Below are positions 1-10,026 of a DNA stretch of 64,000 nt, piece after piece. The translations under genes were made by a program, and so were the position numbers. How positions within the stretch are numbered: position 1 is the first letter of the stretch; every line of letters begins with the position of its first letter. This DNA is from Alphaproteobacteria bacterium (GTDB taxonomy: Bacteria > Pseudomonadota > Alphaproteobacteria > JBFXJJ01), in NCBI GenBank assembly GCA_050175015.1, contig JBFXJJ010000013.1:11446-75445 (forward strand), in the 5' to 3' direction. Under the pieces are notes generated by a model that saw nothing but the letters and a program-made list of their open reading frames with translations, had not been told where the DNA came from and did not search any database.

Positions 1-105
1 TCAACGGCAGAAACCCCAGAAAGTCGTTATGACAGGATTAAACGTAAAATGAATCGGATTACATCAAGCGCTTATGCTGGAGTAGCTGATAAGGAAAGTG
101 AGTAA
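1..105 (+). CDS. 3' end of a CDS entering from the left (…STAETPESRYDRIKRKMNRITSSAYAGVADKESE*), product unknown
   Basis: Frame 1 open from base 1 to TAA at 103-105; coding-like composition, followed by AT-rich intergenic DNA. Confidence 0.55.
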   Translation, partial: STAETPESRYDRIKRKMNRITSSAYAGVADKESE

Positions 106-288
106 TAATTTCAATATGATAAGACTTACAACTTAAGGAAATAAAGTTTTTCCCTAGTTGGTTTTTTTGAAAATGATTTAGTGTGATTTATATAGAAGCT
201 AACTGAAAGGAGGAAATTAAAGAAAATAATAGGTTTGGAATATTGAGATTTAATCTAGGCCTAAAACTTTGCAAGAACAAACCCTGAT

Positions 289-332
289 AAAAACGAGGAA
301 GCTTTTTAAAACAATTTTGCTTCCTCGTTTTT
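289..332. terminator. Inverted repeat, probable intrinsic terminator
   Basis: aaaaacgaggaagc (289-302) / gcttcctcgttttt (319-332), with A and T runs on the outside. Confidence 0.55.
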
Positions 333-598
333 TATTGCTTAGATGTAGTCTACTGCTATATGTTTTTACCTTATGGCAGCCTTAACAAGTACGTTCTTGC
401 TTTAAAAGCAAGAGTAAAACTTTTATGTTTCCCCCAATCTTGGGAATAAAGCATTGTTTTTTGAATAACAAAAAATTAATCAAAAAAGTTTTTAAAATCC
501 TTATTTGTGAAGTATATAATTCCAAATAAAAGCAAAACAGTCTAATTTTATATGCACTAAGGTAAAAAATTTATCTTAGATATTGCTATTTTTTATAA

Positions 599-629
599 AA
601 AAAGAGGGAGATTTATTCTCCCTCTTTTT
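599..629 (-). terminator. Intrinsic terminator downstream of the pentapeptide-repeat gene
   Basis: aaaaagagggaga-tttat-tctccctcttttt perfect stem about 27 bp past the stop at 656. Confidence 0.7.
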
Positions 630-655
630 GTTTATTTTATTGTAAATACTAAAGT

Positions 656-1306
656 CTATCTAGCATTGCTTTTAAGATTAGCAACATTAAGAGCTGTTTT
701 TTGAGATTTGCTCCAAGCTTTTAAAGTTTCAGCACTTAAGCCTTCAGCTTTATCTAAGCCTTTGAGAGACGTAAAGCCATTTGTGTATCTAAGACTCTTG
801 TCGCCTTCAAAATTAGCACCAGCAACATTGCTGCCTTCAACAAAAGTATCTTTAGAAAGAACAACATCTTTGAAGTTTACATCTCTTAAATCAGCGTTTG
901 AAATAATAGAATCTTCGAAAAGGATTTGAGAATAGCCAGCGGTAACGCTTGTAACGCAAACAGGTTTAGCCATAATTTCAGCTTTTTCAAAGCTCGCACC
1001 TTGAAGTTTTGCTCCAGCTATTTTTAAACCGATAAATTTTTTGTTTGAAGCGTCAAGGCGAGGAAGAGCAACGCCTCTTTTAACGGCTTGTTCTAATACT
1101 CGCTGATAAGCTTGATCTTTTCCTTGTCCACGCCAAGTTTTGCCTACATAGAGAACTTTACCGTCCAAATCTTTTAGCTCAACAGGTTCTTTGAGACGTT
1201 CAATTATAGCTTTGCCTTGTTCTTTTATGGTTTCCCATAGGCCTTTTTCACCGCAAGCATAAACTTTGGCATTTTTAGACTTAAATGCAGTAACGCGATT
1301 ATCCAT
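656..1306 (-). CDS. Pentapeptide-repeat protein, paralog A
   Basis: AGAKLQGASFEKAE, ADLRDVNFKDV and SNVAGANFEG pentapeptide units; ATG at 1306 preceded by AAGGGG and aligns with the paralog B start (ORF-track 1363 start is likely too long). Confidence 0.8.
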   Translation of the reverse strand: MDNRVTAFKSKNAKVYACGEKGLWETIKEQGKAIIERLKEPVELKDLDGKVLYVGKTWRGQGKDQAYQRVLEQAVKRGVALPRLDASNKKFIGLKIAGAKLQGASFEKAEIMAKPVCVTSVTAGYSQILFEDSIISNADLRDVNFKDVVLSKDTFVEGSNVAGANFEGDKSLRYTNGFTSLKGLDKAEGLSAETLKAWSKSQKTALNVANLKSNAR

Positions 1307-1514
1307 GATATTACCCCTTGTGTTTTTTTGTTTTAATATATCTTGAAAAACAAAAGTTGTCAACTTTTTTTGTATTTTTTCTAAAATTTTTTTGGCTGTT
1401 TTGTTGGTGGTAAAGCCAATTTGTGTTTTTTTATATAAATATTAAAGACAAAAAAATACAAGTTTCATTATTCGAAAGAATTAATGAATTAAAAGAAATT
1501 ATTCAAATGTTAAG

Positions 1515-2195
1515 TTATAGAGTCTGTTGTTTTCGTAATTGAGCAATATTAACAGGTGTTTTTCTTGATGCTTTTTTAGCTTTAGCCTCTTTAGATTTTT
1601 GCCATATTTTTAAATCTTTGTCTTTAATTCCTTTGGCTTTATCTAAATTTTTTATATTAAGAAAACCATAAGTTTTGCGAAGCTCATTAAACTCACCTTC
1701 AAAGACGGCTCCTGTCACATCACTGTTTTCAAGTTTGGTTCCTTGCGCTATTGCGGTATTTTTAAAGCAGACACCGTTTAAGTCAGAATTTGATAAATCA
1801 GATTCTTGGAAATGAACATAGCAAGGTCCATAAGGGTTGCAGGAATAAACAGGGTAAGGATTAATTTCAGAATTTTCAAAACTGGCGCCAGATATTTTGG
1901 CATTAGGAATAGTTAAACCGTTAAAAATCCTATTGCTGGCATCTAGCTTAGGCAGCGGTTTTCCATCTTTTACGGCTGTTTCAAAAACTTTTTGAAAAGC
2001 TTCATCATCAGTTTGCCATTTCCAAGCTTTCCCACTATAAAGCGTTTTGCCGTTAAGATCTTTTAGAGAAACGTCTTTTTTCAGAGTTTCAACAAAAGCC
2101 ATACCTTGTTCTTTTAGACTTTCCCAGAGACCTTTCTCTCCGCAGGAAAAAGTTTTGGCGTTTTTTTCTTTAAAAGAATTGATGCGATGGTTCAT
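1515..2195 (-). CDS. Pentapeptide-repeat protein, paralog B
   Basis: NAKISGASFENSE, SDLSNSDLNGVCF, SDVTGAVFEG; collinear with paralog A; GGAGG RBS. Confidence 0.8.
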   Translation of the reverse strand: MNHRINSFKEKNAKTFSCGEKGLWESLKEQGMAFVETLKKDVSLKDLNGKTLYSGKAWKWQTDDEAFQKVFETAVKDGKPLPKLDASNRIFNGLTIPNAKISGASFENSEINPYPVYSCNPYGPCYVHFQESDLSNSDLNGVCFKNTAIAQGTKLENSDVTGAVFEGEFNELRKTYGFLNIKNLDKAKGIKDKDLKIWQKSKEAKAKKASRKTPVNIAQLRKQQTL

Positions 2196-2319
2196 AAGCC
2201 GCCTCCTTTTCTTTAAAAAAGATAGTTTATTATAGCTTTTTTATACAAAAAGTTCAAATTCTTATTTTTGGGTAAAATGCTTTTTTAAATGAAAGATGTT
2301 TGGTTTTGTCAAAATATCT

Positions 2320-4188
2320 TTAAGAGTTTCTTTCAATATTTTCTGATATTTCAAGCCAAGTTTCCTCAAGCTGGTTAATGTCTTTTTCAATATAGCCAAT
2401 ATCTTTTTGAATTTTTGTTATGTCGGAAGAGGTTTTCTGTTCATAAATTTCAGGTGAGGCGAGGAGCTTCTCAAGTTCATTTTTTTGAGAATTAAGCTTG
2501 GCAAGATTATGCTCAATTTGCTTGAGTTCTTTTTTTAACGGGGCAATTTCTAAGCGTTTTTCAGCTTTTTCTTTGCGCAGCTGTTTTTTTAAATTTGCTT
2601 TAGACGAGCTGTCTTCCGCAGTTTTGTTTTTATTGCTTAAAAAATCGCTGTAATCATTAATGTCACCAACAAAAGGTTTGCAGGTTCCCTCGTCAACCAG
2701 CCAGAGATTGTCGGTTGTCATTTCAATAATACTGGCATCGTGGGTTATTAGGATAACGGCGCCTTTAAAATTGTTGATTGCTTCACACAAAGCATTCCTT
2801 GTGTCGATATCAAGGTGATTGGTTGGTTCGTCTAAAATTAGAATCTGAGGCGAAGTGTGGCAGATGGTTGCTAGAACTAATCTTGTTTTTTCTCCGCCTG
2901 AGAGTTTGCTTATTTGATTGTCAGCAATATCTATTCCAAAACTGAATCTGCCCAAATATGATCTTACAAAAGTTTCGTTCTTATCAGGGAAGAGCTTAGA
3001 TATATGTTCAAAAGGACTTAATGTAACATCTAATTCTTCACTTCGTTCTTGTGAAAAATATCCAATCTCGAGGCTGGGAGAAATGTTAATGCTGCCAGAC
3101 ATTGGTTTAATTCTTCGTGAAATTAAGCGGGCAAAAGTTGATTTCCCGTTGCCGTTTGTTCCTAAAAGAGCAATTCTATCGTCCATATCAATTCTTAAAT
3201 TAAGCTTAGACAAGATTGTTTTATCACCATAGCCGCACGAGCAGTTTTCTAAGGTGATTAATGGTGGTGGCAGCTCTTTAGGCTCGGGAAAGTTAATATT
3301 AAAAGCCCTGTCTTCTACAACAGGCATTAATGGGGGCATTTTTTCAATTTTTTTCAACCTGCTTTGGGCTTGTTTTGCTTTGGTTGCCTTGTAGCGAAAC
3401 CTGTCAACAAACTTCATCATATGCTTTTTTTCTTCAAGCTGTTTTTCGTAAGCCTTGTTAGCAAGAGCCATTTTCATCTGTCTGGTTGCTTCAAACTCAT
3501 CATAATTGCCTGTGTATGAAACCAGTTTTTTATTATCAATATGGATAATACGATTGGCAACTTTGTTTAGAAGATTGCGATCGTGGCTTATCAGAACAAT
3601 AGTGCCGCTGTATCGGGCAAGATAGGTTTCCAGCCATTTTGCTGATTCAAAGTCTAAATGGTTTGTTGGTTCATCAAGCAGCATAACATCTGGTTTTACG
3701 AATAAAACTGCGGCTAAAGCGGCTCGCATACGCCAACCGCCAGAAAATTTATTCAAAGCCTCTTGCTGTTTTGAAAATTCAAAACCTAGTCCCGTTAAAA
3801 TTGATGAAGCTCTAGCTTCGGCACTGTTGGCGTCAATGGCATTTAATTTTTCGTGAATATCCGAAATTCTAAGATCATCATCAGGCATATTTTCTAATGC
3901 TTCTAATAAAGAAGATCTTTTGGTGTCGCAGGAGACAACATAATCAATAACGCTTGTTTCTGATAACGGCGGTTCTTGGGGAAGAAAACCTATGGTTTGA
4001 TTCGATGATATACTTAAGTTTCCAGAATCAATTTGAAGCCAGTTATTAATAATTTTAAATAAGGTTGTTTTGCCGCAGCCGTTTTTGCCAATTAAGCCAA
4101 TGTGTTGTCCGTCTGAAATAAAGGCTGACGCCTTATCAAACAACACTCTGCCGCCTATTCTAAATGTTATGTCATCAATATTAATCAT
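2320..4188 (-). CDS. ABC-F family ribosome-associated ATPase (YheS/Uup-like)
   Basis: Two ABC domains (GKNGCGKT, FSGGW, LLDEPTNHLD; GTNGNGKS, LSGGE, ILDEPTNHLD), no TM segments, C-terminal coiled coil. Confidence 0.93.
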   Translation of the reverse strand: MINIDDITFRIGGRVLFDKASAFISDGQHIGLIGKNGCGKTTLFKIINNWLQIDSGNLSISSNQTIGFLPQEPPLSETSVIDYVVSCDTKRSSLLEALENMPDDDLRISDIHEKLNAIDANSAEARASSILTGLGFEFSKQQEALNKFSGGWRMRAALAAVLFVKPDVMLLDEPTNHLDFESAKWLETYLARYSGTIVLISHDRNLLNKVANRIIHIDNKKLVSYTGNYDEFEATRQMKMALANKAYEKQLEEKKHMMKFVDRFRYKATKAKQAQSRLKKIEKMPPLMPVVEDRAFNINFPEPKELPPPLITLENCSCGYGDKTILSKLNLRIDMDDRIALLGTNGNGKSTFARLISRRIKPMSGSINISPSLEIGYFSQERSEELDVTLSPFEHISKLFPDKNETFVRSYLGRFSFGIDIADNQISKLSGGEKTRLVLATICHTSPQILILDEPTNHLDIDTRNALCEAINNFKGAVILITHDASIIEMTTDNLWLVDEGTCKPFVGDINDYSDFLSNKNKTAEDSSSKANLKKQLRKEKAEKRLEIAPLKKELKQIEHNLAKLNSQKNELEKLLASPEIYEQKTSSDITKIQKDIGYIEKDINQLEETWLEISENIERNS

Positions 4189-4296
4189 AGAACATACATA
4201 TAAATAATATCAAAAATTAGCAAGTTAATGTTGCTTGTTTTTGATACTCAGGTTATAAACCCTAAAATCAAAATAATTTTTTAAGAGAGAGTACTA

Positions 4297-4713
4297 ATGG
4301 AAAGAACATTATCAATTATTAAACCTGATGCTACAAAACGTAATTTAACTGGTAAAATTAATGCTGTTTTTGAAGAAAATGGTTTGAGAATCGTTGCTCA
4401 AAAAAGAATTAGATTAACAAGAGAACAAGCAGAACAGTTTTATGAAGTTCATAAAGAAAGACCTTTTTATCAAAGCTTAGTTGAGTTTATGATTTCTGGT
4501 CCTGTTGTGGTTCAAGTTTTTGAAGGACGCAGTGCTGTTCTTAAGAATCGTGAAATTATGGGTGCAACCAACCCAGCTGTTGCCGAAGAAGGCACAGTTA
4601 GAGCGCTGTTTGCTGAATCTGTTGAAGCTAATTCAGTTCACGGTTCCGATTCTTTAGAAAATGCCGCAAGAGAAATATCTTTCTTTTTTAGCGAAACTGA
4701 AATTGTAGGCTGA
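4297..4713 (+). CDS. ndk: Nucleoside diphosphate kinase
   Basis: [13 protein letters not shown]-terminus; NSVHGSDS catalytic His motif. Confidence 0.98.
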   Translation: MERTLSIIKPDATKRNLTGKINAVFEENGLRIVAQKRIRLTREQAEQFYEVHKERPFYQSLVEFMISGPVVVQVFEGRSAVLKNREIMGATNPAVAEEGTVRALFAESVEANSVHGSDSLENAAREISFFFSETEIVG

Positions 4714-4747
4714 TTTTTTTAAAAAATTGGTTTAACATATTCACGTT

Positions 4748-5890
4748 ATGAAAAATGAAATTTTAAAAATTAGTCAAAATAAAGCTCTGAAATACAGCCT
4801 TATGCTTATTTTAGGGCTTGTTTTGTGTTTTAGTAATATCAGATTGTCCTATGCGGATTCTGAGGCTGATTTATTCACCGTATCTAATATAGCGGTAGAT
4901 GTTACCGCAGATACAGCATCGAAAGCTAGAGATGATGCTATGAATGATGTCAGGGTAAATGCTTTTAATAAAATTTTGAAAAGAATTTTGTTGCCCCAAG
5001 ATTTAGTAAAACTGCCAGAGTTTTTACCAGAGCAGATTTTTTCAATGATTAAGGAAGTAACGGTTATCGAAGAAAAAACATCTGCTGTTAGATATATTGC
5101 GAAACTAAGCATATCTTTTGATGGTGAAGCTATAAAGAAAATGCTTTCGGAGGCGTTTGTTCCTTTTATTGTTGAAACCAGTAATCCCTCATTGATACTT
5201 CCTATTTACAGTGTTTCGGGGAAGCGTTCTTTGCTATGGGAAGAAAGCAACCCCTGGTTTAAGCTTTGGAGTGATAATGTTTCTCAAGCCGTTGTTGTTC
5301 CAATGGTTATGCCATATGGCGAACTTTTAGACATTTCTACCCTCAGTGCTTCAAAGGCTCTAAGATATGACGATGATGCTTTAACTGCGATTGCTCAAAA
5401 TTATAACGTAGATAATATTTTTATTGTAAGGGCAACTTCTTATGAAGGCTTAGAGGCAAGGGTTGAGGTCGAGGTTTCAAGTTATAATGTGAAAACAAAG
5501 CAAAAGAATGTTTTTGAGCAACCTATAACCATATACCGTGAACCTGATGATGACTTTAAACAGGTCTTAAAGCAGGCTTTAAACCTTACAATAGATGAAA
5601 TTGAAAATAAGTGGAAAGAAGAAAAGTCAGTTTTCTTTTCTATTGATTCGAATATGATTCTGATAGCTAAAACAGAGACCCTTGCAAATCTTAATAAGAT
5701 TATTAAGATGCTTGAAAAAATACCACTTGTTCAAAACTTGCAGGTTCAAGCCACAACTAAAGATAAAGTTCAGCTCAACTTATCTTTTGCTGGAAATATT
5801 TCTAATATTATAAATAACATTGCTAAAAATGGTTATGATGCCGAATTTAATCGCGGCTATTGGATCTTAAAAAAGCAGTCATCTAATTAA
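4748..5890 (+). CDS. Exported DUF2066-like protein
   Basis: Signal peptide; FTVSNIAVDVTADTASKAR, RYIAKLSISF and LWEESNPW motifs; usual neighbour of AI-2E/hda in Alphaproteobacteria. Confidence 0.7.
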   Translation: MKNEILKISQNKALKYSLMLILGLVLCFSNIRLSYADSEADLFTVSNIAVDVTADTASKARDDAMNDVRVNAFNKILKRILLPQDLVKLPEFLPEQIFSMIKEVTVIEEKTSAVRYIAKLSISFDGEAIKKMLSEAFVPFIVETSNPSLILPIYSVSGKRSLLWEESNPWFKLWSDNVSQAVVVPMVMPYGELLDISTLSASKALRYDDDALTAIAQNYNVDNIFIVRATSYEGLEARVEVEVSSYNVKTKQKNVFEQPITIYREPDDDFKQVLKQALNLTIDEIENKWKEEKSVFFSIDSNMILIAKTETLANLNKIIKMLEKIPLVQNLQVQATTKDKVQLNLSFAGNISNIINNIAKNGYDAEFNRGYWILKKQSSN

Positions 5891-5916
5891 ATATATTAAT
5901 AAAGGTTTTGGTATCG

Positions 5917-6993
5917 ATGCAGGGAAATTCTACGCAGCAGCCTAAGTTTTATCTTGGTGTCATATTTTTAGGACTTTTTCTTTTTGCTCTTTATTACATT
6001 AGAAGTGTCATTTTTCCTTTTGCTTCGGCGATGATTATTGCTTATTTCTTAGCGCCTTTTGTTGCGTTGCTTGAAAGACACAAAGTAAAAAGGGGACTTG
6101 GTACTTTTTTAGCATTTGCTCTGGTTGCACTGATAGCGGCGTTAATTGTTTTATTTATATATCCTGTATTTAAAACCCAAATGGCTTCTTTAATGAAATA
6201 TTTTCCGGTTTTATTTGAAGCTGTTTTGGATAAGCTTAAACCGCTTTTTGATTCAATAGAAAATAAGATTCAAGATCATTACTTTGATCCGATGAAAGCG
6301 GCTCTTTCTGCTGGAAACTATCTTTCTTCAGCAATAAAATGGATCGTAAATATCCTTTCAGGTTTTATAAGCGGCAGTATGTTTTTCGTAAATATTATAT
6401 CCTTCGTAACAATTACGCCGTTTGTTGCTTTTTATTTTATTCGTGATTGGAATAAGATTATTAGCAAACTGAATGGTTTTGTTCCCGTTAAATACCGCAA
6501 GGATATTCAAATCGTATTTAAAGATATTGATAATATTTTATCTGGCTATATTAAAGGACAGGCATATGTCTGCTTGGCAATGGCGGTCTATTACGCCTTA
6601 GCCCTGTCCTTAGCGGGACTTGATGTTGGTCTCGTTGTTGGTCTCGTTTCAGGGGTGTTTACTTTTATACCATTCGTAGGTCCTTTTGTAGGCTTTGCCC
6701 TAGCGGTAAGTTTTGCGGTTATTCAGTTTTCCAGCTTTATTAATATCGTAGTTGTTATTGTTTTGTTTGGAATAGGTCAGATTTTAGAAGGCAACTTCTT
6801 GACGCCTAATCTTGTTGGAGATAAGACCAAACTGCACCCTGTATGGATTGTTTTTGCTGTTATGACTGGCGGTGCTTGTTTAGGTCTTCTTGGCGTTCTA
6901 ATTTCAATTCCCGTTGCAGCAACAGTCGGGGTTGTCGTCAGATATTTAATCGATAATTATTACAAAAGTAATTTTTACTTAGAAGAGTCATAA
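5917..6993 (+). CDS. AI-2E family (PerM-like) transporter
   Basis: Multi-TM; GYIKGQ, FIPFVG, EGNFLTPNLVG, LHPVW motifs; upstream of hda (alternative TTG start at 5908). Confidence 0.9.
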   Translation: MQGNSTQQPKFYLGVIFLGLFLFALYYIRSVIFPFASAMIIAYFLAPFVALLERHKVKRGLGTFLAFALVALIAALIVLFIYPVFKTQMASLMKYFPVLFEAVLDKLKPLFDSIENKIQDHYFDPMKAALSAGNYLSSAIKWIVNILSGFISGSMFFVNIISFVTITPFVAFYFIRDWNKIISKLNGFVPVKYRKDIQIVFKDIDNILSGYIKGQAYVCLAMAVYYALALSLAGLDVGLVVGLVSGVFTFIPFVGPFVGFALAVSFAVIQFSSFINIVVVIVLFGIGQILEGNFLTPNLVGDKTKLHPVWIVFAVMTGGACLGLLGVLISIPVAATVGVVVRYLIDNYYKSNFYLEES

Positions 6994-7005
6994 GAGGTTT
7001 GGCGA

Positions 7006-7689
7006 ATGAATGTAAAGCAGATTCCTCTTAATTTTCAGTGTGAAACGTCTTATTTAGCAGAAGACTTTATTGTATCAAAGGAAAATCAAGATGCCGTTTT
7101 CTTTTTAGAAGAATGGCCAGACTGGCAAAGTCCTGTAGTAATTATATATGGAGCTTCAGGCTGTGGTAAAACCCATCTTTTAAAAAGATTTGCATCAAAA
7201 AATGCAGAAGATGTTGTTTTTTTGAATGGTGAGGATTTAAAACAGCCAGATAAAATTGTTTCGTTGAAGCCGTGTATCGTAATTGATAATGCCGAAAAAT
7301 GCCACGATGAAAACTTGTTTCATCTTTTTAATATGATTAAAGAAGAAAACAAAACGATGCTTCTTTCATCTCAAAACCCACCCGCAAGATGGCAGACTGT
7401 GCTGCCAGATCTTAAATCTAGACTGTCTTCGGTTGTTAATATTGATATTAAATCACCTAGTGATGAGCTTATGGCGATGGTTATAGTAAAAATGTTTTCG
7501 GATAGACAGCTTGAAATAGGTAAGGAAGCTCTTGGTTTTTTGATTAAAAATATTGAGCGTTCTTTTTTGGCGATAGCTGACACTGTAGAAAAAGCCGATA
7601 AATTAGCCTTAGCATCTAAACGAGCGATAACTATACCATTATTAAAAGAAGCTATTATGGCGGAACAAAAAAATTGCATTGTCCCATAA
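7006..7689 (+). CDS. hdaA: DnaA regulatory inactivator Hda/HdaA
   Basis: N-terminal clamp-binding-like QIPLNF; Walker A GASGCGKTHL; LPDLKSRL; IERSF. Confidence 0.9.
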   Translation: MNVKQIPLNFQCETSYLAEDFIVSKENQDAVFFLEEWPDWQSPVVIIYGASGCGKTHLLKRFASKNAEDVVFLNGEDLKQPDKIVSLKPCIVIDNAEKCHDENLFHLFNMIKEENKTMLLSSQNPPARWQTVLPDLKSRLSSVVNIDIKSPSDELMAMVIVKMFSDRQLEIGKEALGFLIKNIERSFLAIADTVEKADKLALASKRAITIPLLKEAIMAEQKNCIVP

Positions 7690-7800
7690 ATACTATCGCA
7701 CAAATGCTTGGAGATTTGATGTTGATCTGTGAAAGTTTTGATAAAAGTAAAGTTGCTGCAGGCATTTTTTGTAAGGTAAAAAAAGCAACACATTCTAATT

Positions 7801-8694
7801 TTAAAGCAAGGCTCCGCTTAAAATTCTAAATTCCTTTGTGGTGTTCCACATTTTTTTTAATTCATCAAAATTTTCATCTGGTTTTTGCATCATTTCTGCA
7901 AGCTTATCGATTTTGTGCAAATCCATCTCACTAATTTTAGGAAAATTCTCACAGTTGACCATTGGCGGCACGTGCAAATAGATTATTTCACTGTTCATTA
8001 AAGAGTGGAAATCATAAAAAAGTTCCCACGCGATAGGCATTAGCCCTTCAAAATTACCAGCATTAAAAAATCTTTCGGGCGAAACTTCTTGGTTGCGGCT
8101 TTTGATCCAAGCATCGGCTGCAAAATCAAAAACTCCATCAGGAATATCATAAGGATTAAAACTGATATAATCTTCTAAGCTGCCATCAACATCAATGGTA
8201 ATCCAGCGTTTTTCTTGATATGACCAATATTGATTTATCCAATGGTCAAAGCTTTTATTCAATTTGTTGGGCATAAAATAGGGCGCAAAACCAGAGCGGA
8301 CTCTTGTTGGAATACCTTTGGATTTTAAGATTGATGCGGTTAAAATAGCAACAAACCTGCAAGTTACGATAATTTTGTTTTCTTCTTTGCGGTTTAATGT
8401 AAACCCTTTTTCATCTCTGCGGTATAGTTCCGAAATCATAGCTGAAGCAGATGGAAGGTTGTCATCTTCTGGCTGTCTGAACCAAGGAACTTTGTTCATA
8501 TCGCCATAACGCAAGTCTTTATTCGTACCTGTGTTGCCATTTCTTAACGTTGCTCTATGGATACATTGCTTGCGTACCAATAGACCTATTTCTTCAATAC
8601 TGTTTGGAAGGTCTTTTTTTAGCTTTTCACAATATAAGCCAGGATATGTAAATAAGCTGAAATTTAAATAATGGTCTAGAATTGAGGGCTGCAT
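7801..8694 (-). CDS. Transglutaminase-like domain protein
   Basis: Putative Cys-His-Asp triad: VTCRF…RVRSGFAPYF…DHWINQYW…WITID. Confidence 0.8.
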   Translation of the reverse strand: MQPSILDHYLNFSLFTYPGLYCEKLKKDLPNSIEEIGLLVRKQCIHRATLRNGNTGTNKDLRYGDMNKVPWFRQPEDDNLPSASAMISELYRRDEKGFTLNRKEENKIIVTCRFVAILTASILKSKGIPTRVRSGFAPYFMPNKLNKSFDHWINQYWSYQEKRWITIDVDGSLEDYISFNPYDIPDGVFDFAADAWIKSRNQEVSPERFFNAGNFEGLMPIAWELFYDFHSLMNSEIIYLHVPPMVNCENFPKISEMDLHKIDKLAEMMQKPDENFDELKKMWNTTKEFRILSGALL

Positions 8695-8711
8695 TTTTTT
8701 AGTTTAATCGG

Positions 8712-9875
8712 TTATTTTTTATCAAAAGTTTCAATAAAGGCTTTTTTCTTAGAAGCGTCGTAACCAATTAAAATCTTTCCTTTTTTTAAGAGTAGAGCAT
8801 CTTTGCCAAACAACTCTCTGCGCCAGCCCTTAAGGGCGGGGACATCGGCACTATCGTTTTCGGCAATAAGTTCAATATCATTTTTGACAGCTATCATTTT
8901 GGTAGCAACGTTGTGCATACCGCACTTGATGCTTAAAAGCATCATTAAAAGTTCGGTAATTTGTTCTAGTGATTTATCTTTCTTGTGGAATGGTTCAGGC
9001 TGTGGCATATCTTTTTCATTATAGCTTAAGCCCTTTTTTACGGCGTCAACTATATCTGAGCCAAATTTTCCATCGGCAATGCCGTTTGGAATTCCTCTCA
9101 AAGATTTTAATTCACTTAAACTTGTTGGCTGAGCTGCTGAAATTTCAAGAAGCTGCTCGTCTTTTAAGATGTGGCGGCGTGGTTTATCAATCTCAATGGC
9201 TTTAACTTCACGCCATTTAGCAAGTTCTTTTAAAACGGCAAGCTGTTTTGGTGAAGTTGAGCTCGTCTTAATTTTGAGCCAAGCCTTTTCGGGATTAATA
9301 AGGTAGGTTTTAGGATTGGTTATTATTGCCATTTCCTCATCAAGCCAACTTGTGCGGTTGTTTTTTTCAACTTCTTCCTTAATTTGCTCATAGATATTTC
9401 TTAAATAAGTAACATCAGCTAAGGCATATTTAAGCTGATTTTCAGAAAGAGGACGTTTTGACCAATCTGAAAAACGCATTCCCTTATCAATGTTTTTTCC
9501 TGTAACTGCAAAAACCAGTTTTTGATAGCTGATAGAATCGCTGAAGCCGCAAACCATTGCTGCAATTTGGGTGTCAAAAATAGGAGAGGGAATTTCTTTC
9601 ATTAAATAGAAAAAAATTTCAATGTCCTGACGAGCAGAGTGAAAAACTTTAACGATATTAGGGTTTTTCATAATATCGAATAAACTTGATAAATCAATAT
9701 TGCTAGCTAAAGCATCAATACAGACAGCTTCATTTTTATTAGCAACCTGAATCAGGCAAAGTTTTGAGAAGAAGGTTTTTTCTCTCATAAACTCTAAGTC
9801 TACCGTAATATAAGGCGAACTTTCAATTCTACGGCAGAAACTTTCAAGCTCTTTTGTGTTACTAATCAAAGACAT
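8712..9875 (-). CDS. rnd: Ribonuclease D
   Basis: DLEFMRE, FHSARQD, FDTQIAA, DWSKRPL, YALADV DEDDy motifs plus HRDC region; divergent from aspS. Confidence 0.96.
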   Translation of the reverse strand: MSLISNTKELESFCRRIESSPYITVDLEFMREKTFFSKLCLIQVANKNEAVCIDALASNIDLSSLFDIMKNPNIVKVFHSARQDIEIFFYLMKEIPSPIFDTQIAAMVCGFSDSISYQKLVFAVTGKNIDKGMRFSDWSKRPLSENQLKYALADVTYLRNIYEQIKEEVEKNNRTSWLDEEMAIITNPKTYLINPEKAWLKIKTSSTSPKQLAVLKELAKWREVKAIEIDKPRRHILKDEQLLEISAAQPTSLSELKSLRGIPNGIADGKFGSDIVDAVKKGLSYNEKDMPQPEPFHKKDKSLEQITELLMMLLSIKCGMHNVATKMIAVKNDIELIAENDSADVPALKGWRRELFGKDALLLKKGKILIGYDASKKKAFIETFDKK

Positions 9876-10026
9876 AATTCTATGCTATACAACCTCATAA
9901 TAAAAATCGCAAGTAAGAATATTTGTTGACAATAAGAAAAGTTTTTTGTTTCCTGCTTGTTGTCTTGTTTTATTTAGTTTAAAAATAGTCAAATAAAAAG
10001 TTTATAACTAAAAATTTAAGGAAAGA

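Noticed and set aside
106-655. Structured ncRNA in the 550-bp intergenic region with several hairpins
   Set aside because: Hairpins look like terminators or AT-rich chance stems; no recognisable RNA family and no convincing ORF
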